Assembly: GCF_006345805.1 (NCBI RefSeq)
Contig: NC_043010.1
Location: forward strand, 60,822,001 to 60,886,000
Direction of reading: 5' to 3'
DNA: 64,000 nucleotides
Source of the DNA: Octopus sinensis
Taxonomy: Eukaryota
Shown: piece by piece, positions 52,884 to 64,000 of the stretch
Numbering within the stretch: the first letter of the stretch is position 1
How the letters are laid out: every line of letters begins with the position of its first letter
The notes under the pieces: generated by a model
What the model was told of the DNA's origin: nothing
The model's input: only the letters and a program-made list of their open reading frames with translations
The model's database searches: none
Program-made: the position numbers and the translations under genes

Positions 52884-54744
52884 GGGTTGCAAGAGAACTT
52901 GATGCAATTAAAAACCTATATACGAATGGTGTTGTAACGTAGCATTATTTGATTTTATTATCATATTGTCCTATTTTCCTTCTGCTAATGTTGACTGGCC
53001 AAAAAGAGTTGTGTGAAAGCTTTGCGAGATTCTAAAGTACTGGTCTGTTGCCCTCCTATTCTGCTACATACCTCATATACAGTTCCAAAGTGCAACATAC
53101 TGGTTGGTCTTGGGAGGAATGGCTGAACCTGATAACTTCACTCACCTTTTGTTTTGTTTTTTTTTTAAATTATATGAATTATTTATTTCTTTTCTTATTG
53201 TTTGAATTATTTTCTTTTTATTCTCATTTTTTTTTCCATACAAGCAACATATTGTTTAAAATTGGTATCAATTTGCCCTAAAAATAATAAAATAACCTCT
53301 CAGATTTCGTATCTTATCTTAAATTTTGAGGTGGCTTGAAAATTAAAACCAGAAAAGCATGCAATAGGGCAGAGTATGACTGGATATAATAAAGCTTTAA
53401 TAAAACTGTGAAGTCACGTAAAGTCGACATCAAGCAAGGATGGCAGGATTCCCTCCCTTGAAAGGTAGGGATTAAAGGATTCCCTCCCCTGAAAGTTATT
53501 CACATGAGTTCTTTAAAGAAATCAACTTGATATATTTCCCTGAGTCCCTAGAATGTGAATATGGCCCCAACACATCTATCCAGCCCAAACTAATACTAGT
53601 CAACATGAAACAATTACATTTAACAACTCATAAATCAATCTTAACTCAATTTAACAAACAACACAAAGCAATCTCCACCATATGAATTTCTCTTTTACAA
53701 ATCTCAGCTATTGACAAATATTGTTCATAGTTGGACGAAAATTAAATGTTTTGGTTTGTTTTGTTGTTAATTTTTTCTTGTGTGTGTGTATGTTTATATG
53801 TTTTTTACAGTCTGTTATTTATTTTATATATTTTCAATTTTTAATTTAAAAAAGAAAAATTGTGTTTTTCCAACATCAAATTTATTTAATCTGTGAACCT
53901 ATATCATGTGTTTTGGTTCTGGCTGTAATCATGGTGACATGATGTGTTGGCTTTCATGCTGATTGATGAATTTTTTTCAACGGGAAACATCAAAGCGGTT
54001 ACTGACTTACAAAAAAAAAAAAGGCTAATAATAAATATTTAAAAAAAAAAAAGAAAAACAACATTGAGATTTGTTTCAGGAGTGAGAAAGAAAAGGGGTT
54101 TGACCTTTCATTTCTCTCTTCAAGTGTCCTTAGAGTATTGTAAATGTGTCATGACAAGGTGAGTGTCCAGCTTTGCTGGATGGTCTCTTGTCAACAGATG
54201 TGCGACCCAAGGCTTCGTTTGAAAGCCAAATCTAATCCAATACTGTGTTATGGCATGTGATTATTCCTTACAATATTTTTTTTTTTCCTTCTTGCTTAAG
54301 CAAGACTAACATCTCGTTTTTGTGAAATCATCACATTTTTTTTTTTTTTTCTGTGTGAACTGCACCAGTGACATTTAGCTTACCTCCTTTCCCTGACATT
54401 GGGACCAACACAGGCAAGATACAAACACATACACTTGTTAAACCTTCATTTGTTATTTTATCCTGCTGAAATTGAATTTTTTAATCCATTGTACAGTACA
54501 GCTTTTTTTTTATTATACATACACGTACACACACATATATACATACACACCTGCATACACGTTTACATCAATACATCATATATTATTGGTTTTTCTTTCT
54601 GTTTTCAGTGTAAGCACAGTCAGTGACCTCTGGTGATAAACAGGAAAGCAAAAAGGGTGTAATTTCTAACTTCTAAAAAAAACCACAAATTCCTGAAGCA
54701 GCCAAACAAGCACAGTAATAGTAGCCATAGTAATGCTAAAAGTA

Positions 54745-54787
<43 letters not shown>

Positions 54788-54992
54788 GTAACAACAATAA
54801 TAATATAGAGTATAGTCTATCTGCACTTGGCCGATAACTGGGAAACTTTCCATTAACTGCAGCTTATCTACAAAACTTGAAATCATAACTGTTAGATACC
54901 AGCAAAAATTGCATTATAATAATAATATAAATAATATAATTAATACATATATTATAACATAACATAATCTAATATGACACATATAATATGAA

Positions 54993-55134
<142 letters not shown>

Positions 55135-55564
55135 AATGTATGTATTTATAATACAATATAATTAATTGTGATTATGAAATGGAGTGTTGATATTTTTTCC
55201 TATAAAAAATCAATAAAGCAATGAAGTAATTAGGAAGAAACAATTATATATTTTAAAAAAAAGGAAAGAAACAAGAAAACCCAACAAAATACATCAATAT
55301 ATTTCATGTCATAAATATAAATATATATATTTAGAAACATAAGTTTAATTTGTTGGGTTTTTTTTTTGGTTTTTGTTTACTTTTAATTAAATCAAGAAAA
55401 TGAAGAAAATTGTTTATAAAAAGGAAATATTTAAAAACTGCAAAATTAAAGTATTTTGTGTCAAAATCACACAAATACACAGTTGCATATGCATACATGC
55501 ATGTATACACACTCATACATGTACAGATACAGACACACACATACATGTATATATATATATATAC

Positions 55565-55606
<42 letters not shown>

Positions 55607-56520
55607 TATAGCATATGTACATACACACACACACACACACACACAGCATATGTACATACACATATACAGATTAGCCTATATAGACACATATACACTAATA
55701 CAGACATACTTTTACAGACACATCAAAAGAAATGATTAGAATTTATTTAAAGAGCACCATCTTAGCTGAGAGGGACAAACTGTCAAAATATCAGCCCCTC
55801 TAACTGGTTTGTGGTCAAGCCTATGGCTGCAGAGACCTCTGACATTCTTGACCCTCAGACCTCATTTCTGCTCACTGCTGTCAGAGTGGAGATAGTTATC
55901 TGCAAGTGCAAGCCCCAGTCCATCCCCCTCACCATCCTCCAGGGCAACGCCTTTTCCATTTTTTTCTGCCAGCATCATGGGGCAGACTGACAAACCTTTT
56001 TAGGAAGAGGAACACAACAATGATTTGGGCAGGGCCCTCCATCAACTTTAGAAAACTATTTCATTAAGCAAAGACGAAACAGAAGACAAAAGTTCAGGCG
56101 GTGATCTGGCAGAATTGTTAGAACTCCAGGCAATATGCTTTGTGGCATTTCATCTGTCTTTACATTCTGAGTTCAAATTCCACCCAGGTCGACTTTACCT
56201 TTCATTTTTCCGGGGTCGATAAAATAAGTACCAGCCGAGCACAGGGGAAGGGGATCAATGTAATCAACTTATCCGCTCCTATGAAATTGCTGGCCCTGTG
56301 TCAAAATTTGAAATCTATATTAAGACAAAGGTTAATAGTAAAATTATTATATATCAAGAGAAAGGTTTCTGTTAGGATAAAAGTTAGCATCAAAGCAGTT
56401 CTTTTAACTGCTCAACCCTTCTGCCAGTTACCAAGCTTCTACGACACATTCCCATCTTCAATACGGGACAAAATAGAATTATATTTCACACAGCTACATA
56501 TATACAATTCAATGACCTTA

Positions 56521-56556
<36 letters not shown>

Positions 56557-56859
56557 TGTATGTATGTATAGTGAAAGAGTGTTCAAAAATAGTATTCTTT
56601 ATTACTGCTTTAATTATGATCTCCTCTGATTGCAGTGCTGTTTGACCAAACTCTTTCATCCAATTCCATCAAACACATCAGCCCAGGTTCTACCACGGGA
56701 CAAACAGACAAACTTGCAATCTTATTCCTTCTGTTGAATTACCTGTTGTAATCTCAATGGAGGATGATGTCTTACATTCATCAGCATCTTTACTTTGACT
56801 ACCATAGGTACAACTGTGTGTTATCTATTCAGATGCATGCATAAAAAACATGTGTATGT

Positions 56860-58935
<2,076 letters not shown>

Positions 58936-61838
58936 AGAGACAAACCAGATACTATCAAATGGAAGCTTTAACATGAAATACCAGAAAATAAACAGTGCAA
59001 GTTACTTAAGAAAATTTCTTTTTTTCTCTGAAAATTGTCATTTTTTTCCCCAATATTTTTTTTATCAAGGAAACAAAGAAAACATTGATGAATTAATGCT
59101 ATGTTTTTTTAAACTTTATGGTTTAATGGAATATAACATGAATAAAAACCTTTTTTTGATTTTTCACTGGCCTTTCTTTATTCCTCTTTCCAATGTCAGA
59201 TCAGCAACATGGCCGGCGAGTAAGGGATGCTCAGATCAGCTCCTTCTCATGGCAAAACGATGTTGTTGGTGTTGTTGTTGATGTTGTTGTTTAGCCCTGG
59301 GACAGCGTTGGTCGAACTGGCTTACAAACAAATGTATTCTAGTCATGATTGTTACGTCTTGTTTTTGTATATCCAGGACCTTTCCCTCTCTGTCCTTCTT
59401 GTTGTCGGTGTGGCTGCTCAGCCCCAGGTCACCTCTGACCATGCAGACCTATGATCAAAGTTATTCCACTTCTGACCATCATCTCCTTTTCTTCTCAGGT
59501 GTAGGACATCTAACTCAACTTTATTCAGTTAGTCCCTCCTTTCATTTAACGGGATTCGAGAGAAATTAACTGTTCTTTCTGGCAGGTCAAACAATCACAT
59601 CGGTGCACCTTAAGGTTTGTTTAGTAGTCAATAATGAAATCATCGCCATCATCATCATCATCATCATGCACCATCCTCATCTTAACATCCACTTTTCCAT
59701 GTTTGAATATGGAGCAGACAGAATCTCTTGAGGCACAGATTTTCTACAGCTGGATGCCCTTCCTGTCACCAACTCTCACCTGTTTCCAAGCAAGGTAATA
59801 ATAAACCCATTGTTCTCAATCAAACAATGACATAGTGCTTACGAACATCACAAAATTATATCAAGACATAAAGCCAGGCATGCTTTTATGGTTCCCTGCA
59901 AACATCTGACACCAATTGTATTTGATAGCAAAGTTCTTATTTTGTTTACAAAAGCCTATCATATAAATATAGACAAGGAGAAATCAAATACATATATATT
60001 TCTTATTGCCCACAAGAGGATAAACATAAAGGGGACAAACAAGGACAGACAAACGGATTAAGTCGATTACATTGACCCCAGTGCGTAACTGGTACTTATT
60101 TAATCGACCCCGAAAGGATGAAAGGCAAAGTCGACCTCGGCAGAATTTGAACTCACAACGTTACGGCAGACGAAATACGGCTACGCATTTCGCCCGGTGG
60201 GCTAACATTTCTGCCAGCTTGCCGCCTTCTTTAATAGAAGGCTTTCCTATTCACTAGCCTCAACAGGTCTTTGCAAACAGAGTTTTAGTGTCCAAAGAAG
60301 GAAAAGGTACGCATAAGTGGGCTGGTTACGCCCCTGGCATGGGCTCCTATGAACACAAACACACACACATGGTGGTCTTCATTTTCAGTGTTTCCATCTA
60401 CCAAATCACAAGGCTTTGGTAGAAGATGCTTGCTCAAGGTATCACTCAGTGGTATTGAACCTGAAACTCTGTGACTGGGAAGCTAGCTTCTTAACCACAC
60501 CTGCACCTAATTCAAGAACATTCAAATGATTAAGCTCTGTGTAAGACTAACATCTGATTGATTGAAATAATTTACTGGGGGTGGGGACAGGTTTCTTCTT
60601 TTTCCTTTTTTTTTGTGCAAAACATGGAAAGGGGATGTTTATGAAACGACATTCAATGGAAAGAAGCAGGGAGCTATGTCCAAATGATATAGGCTCCTCT
60701 TATGAGAACCCAATAAGGTTAGGTTCGAAAATGGATTAAGTTTGTTCATCCCTTTTGTTGTAGTGCACCTGAGCACTGTACACAATGTTTTATTATAATT
60801 ATTATCAGTGTTATATATTATAAATGAATCTATATCACATGTATTATTATGAGAACTGAATAGAATATGCCTTTATAATTGTAATAAAAACTCCAGTAAT
60901 TTTTTATTGATACAATCTCAACAAATGATGGCTGACAATAAATGTTGCCATTGAATACACAGACACCTTCGAATTCAGCAGTGGCTACAGACAGTACCTT
61001 TGCTTACCGTTTCTATTGATGCCACTGTATATCAGAAATGGATGTAAATCACAAAAAGCAAATTAAAGAACTGGGTTTTTAATTGCTGTCCATGAGATAT
61101 TTATTCTGCACCCTGTTATAAACACTTGCGTGTTAGTCTCACTGTGATAATACTGAAGTACGCTCGAGTTCACTTTGTTGTCGCGTAGCACTATTGTCGA
61201 TCAATGAAACAAGTATCAGTTAACATAACATTGATTCAATTGACTGTAAAAACATGCTTTTGTGATTCATCAAAAGGAATCAATACATTACCAAAAGAAA
61301 ATCCTCTTAAAATGAAGAACTGAAGCCAAAAAAACATGAACAGTTCCTTCTAATATATTTTCATTTTTACCTTCGGATTAGTAGCATTCTGATTCCTGAT
61401 TGAATAACATAATTGATTTCTAAATGTCTCCCAATCTAAGAAATGTTGGCTGCTGCCAGCTTTGTTTATCTTCCCTCCTCCATTTCCATTCAGCATCATT
61501 TCATGCTCTTCTCTCTTCTGGTTTTCTCTTACACTTTCCACATTCTACAAAATGGATATCTCAAACGAGGCAAATCAATAAATGAGTTCCTGCTCAGAAC
61601 CAACAATCTTCTGACTATTGATCTATCAATTATTGGAACATTTCCCTGCCAATCAGTGCAGATGTGGCTGCATGCTTCACAACTTCGCTTTGTATGTAGA
61701 GTCTCAGGTTCAATCTGAGTATACAACACCTTGAGCAAATCTCTCTGATAATAACCTTGGGTAGACTAAAGTCTTGTGAGTGGAGTTTGGTAAATGGGAA
61801 CTATGTGGAAACCCACTGAGTGGCCCGTCAGTTCATTG

Positions 61839-62200
61839 CAGGACCGTATTAAGACCCATGGAGGCCCTAAGCACTTAAAAGGTCTTGCTAACCCCGTGTA
61901 TTTGTAATTCAAAATATCAACAGTAATAAATCATAAGATAAAGTTTTATTTTTCAAAATGAAACAAAACTAACAATAAGAGGAAAAAATAATGTTTCTTT
62001 TTGCGTATTTCCACTTTATTTGTACCTGAAAAGTTTTCTACTTTTTTCAGTTGCAAAGTCTTTGATCAGATCCTCAAAACTTAACTTTACATCACACATC
62101 CACTTCTATACTTTATAGAAACAAGGCATCCTAAGGATTATCTTAGCAAACTTAAAGTCACCTCTTTTGTGCCACAAACCATTTACCATTTCCGTGGGTC
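61839..62200 (-). mobile_element. hAT transposon terminal fragment
   Basis: CAGGACCGTATTAAG...GGAGGCCCTAAGCAC terminus at 61839. The minus strand at ~62040-62115 reads SIEVDV/KLSFEDLIKDFATEK, like the end of the hAT dimerisation domain. Confidence 0.65.
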
Positions 62201-62307
62201 CCCCCACCCTTCCCTTGATGCTCTAAACATGTTTCTTTGACTTAATGGTTAATCCATCGTTGGTTCTTTGGTTCTTGGGACTTGACTGAATCTGTTGCCT
62301 GGTTTAA

Positions 62308-62528
62308 CCCTTTCATTACTGTATTTATTTTGAGATGCTCTGTGTTTCTTTCAATTACTTTAAATATAACAAAGAATTTAGTAAAATAATTTGGTTATAA
62401 TTAAGCTAATGTTAGGAACATAAATTGTGACAAAGGTTTGGGGAAAGATTTTAATTCAAAACTTATGAAAACAAAACATTTGTACTACAGAGCCAGAGGC
62501 AGTTTCAGCCAGGTTGGTATCAAAAGGG
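62308..62528. mobile_element. piggyBac-type MITE, copy 1
   Basis: TTAA-CCCTTTCATTAC ... GTATCAAAAGGG-TTAA; 221 bp. Confidence 0.8.
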
Positions 62529-62559
62529 TTAAGAATTGTTTCTCTATTATATATTTTAA

Positions 62560-62780
62560 CCCTTTTGTTACCATATTTCTGTTGAGATGCTCTGTGTTTC
62601 TTTCAATTAATTTTTAATATAACAAAGAATTTAGTGAAATAACTTAGTTACCATTCAGCTAGTGTTGGGAACATAAACTGTGACTAAGGTTTGGTGGAAG
62701 ATTTTAATTCAGAACTTTTGAAAACAAGACATTTCTACTCAGAGCCAGAACTGGTTTCAGCCAGGTTAGTAATGAAAGGG
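62560..62780. mobile_element. piggyBac-type MITE, copy 2 (direct repeat of copy 1)
   Basis: TTAA-CCCTTTTGTTAC ... GTAATGAAAGGG-CTAA; body aligns with copy 1 along its whole length. Confidence 0.8.
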
Positions 62781-63194
62781 CTAACACCCTACCCACCCCA
62801 CACCTGGTGCTTTGGGTGACTTTAACAGACCCCACTCAATTACAAAACTCTAGGTTCTACCTTCTGACTTTGCCTAACTTCATTTGTCCCTTTCCCTCTG
62901 TCACACAGACCCTAATTAGAGTCACAAACACAGCCATTCTTGATCTCATTCTGTTGTTCTTTACTTCTTCTATTCCTTTATTCCTGTACTTGTGAGCCCA
63001 ACTGGAGCACCAACTTGAAGGTTTTTGCCAATCGAAACAAGCCCAGTCCTTATTTGGAGCTTGAGGTTATTCAGTCAGCCTCTGTCCTCAAACACCCCTC
63101 ACACTCTGTATACACACAGACACACACATACTCACACATGTGTGTATGTAAGTGTATACATGTATATATAACTGGTATAGTCATGGACACATCA

Positions 63195-63665
63195 CCACCA
63201 CCACCACAACCATCACTACCACTACCACCACAACCAAACCACCACCACTACCACAACCATTACCACCACCACCACAACCACCACCACCACCGCCACCACA
63301 ACCATCACCACCGCCACCACAACCATCATCACCACAACCATCACCACCACCACCACCACCACCACCGCCACCACAACCATCACCACAACCATCACCACCA
63401 CAACCATCACCACCACCACCACCATCACCACCGCCACCACAACCATCATCACCACAACCATCACCACAACCATCACCACCACTACCACCATCACCACCGC
63501 CACCACAACCATCACCACAACCATCACCACCGCCACCATCATAACTGCCACCACTGCCACCACAACCCTGCCACCACAACCATTATCACCACCACCACCA
63601 CCACCATCACCCCACCACTGCCACCACAACCATCACCATCACAACCACCACCACAACCCCCACCC
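63195..63665. repeat. (CAC/AAC/CAT)n compound microsatellite
   Basis: Direct reading. Confidence 0.95.
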
Positions 63666-64000
63666 CACCCAGCCACCATCTCTACCTCCGTCATCACTGA
63701 TTCTGTCATTATTAATCTCTTCACAGCAAACAGATCTAAAATTGAAATATGTTCCTCTAAAATAAACATATCGGACACTCAATCACTCGTTTCAACCCAC
63801 CCTGGACCACCACCATTCTCTCGCATGTCACTCTCACTCCCACCCTCACCTCTCTGTATTATGAGTTGATTATCTAAATCTTAATCCACCTGTAGACTTC
63901 TATTCTTTCTCCTTATATACACAGACACATATATACACAATGTATATACACACACACACACAACTGCATGGACGACAGACGTTAAATGATGATGATGGTG

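Noticed and set aside
53445-53495. 20-bp direct repeat AGGATTCCCTCCC(T/C)TGAAAG, two copies at 31-bp period
   Set aside because: Only two units and no element between them; most likely a small local duplication.
62940-63869. 309-aa His/Pro-rich ORF
   Set aside because: Its length comes from a CAC/AAC compound microsatellite; the flanks include CA repeats and no recognisable domain.

Overview
Repeat-saturated, AT-rich eukaryotic genomic DNA. The SINE families, microsatellite density and protocadherin type point to a coleoid cephalopod, most likely Octopus (inference). Only one host gene is supportable: a six-cadherin-repeat protocadherin whose large coding exon runs 45717-48313 on +. It has a splice acceptor before the ATG, a 100-N gap in the cytoplasmic part and a GT donor right after the gap, so 5' and 3' exons are missing. 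Nearly all other ORFs in the track are microsatellite artefacts or transposon debris. Mobile DNA comprises two (TAA)n-embedded R4/Dong-type retrotransposons in tandem plus four short 3' pieces, two DD37D (maT-like) transposons, a CAGGGTG-ended MITE, a pair of piggyBac-type MITEs, a hAT end, RTE fragments and dozens of copies of four SINE families. The most striking signal, invisible in the ORF track, is a set of minimal type I hammerhead-ribozyme motifs in at least four unrelated small elements. Three have intact cores (5261-5295, 8154-8245, 37790-37835). One family is a tRNA-headed SINE with a hammerhead in its tail, two copies of which sit head-to-head as a ~510-bp quasi-palindrome. All folds, alignments and coordinates were read by eye; no database search was run.
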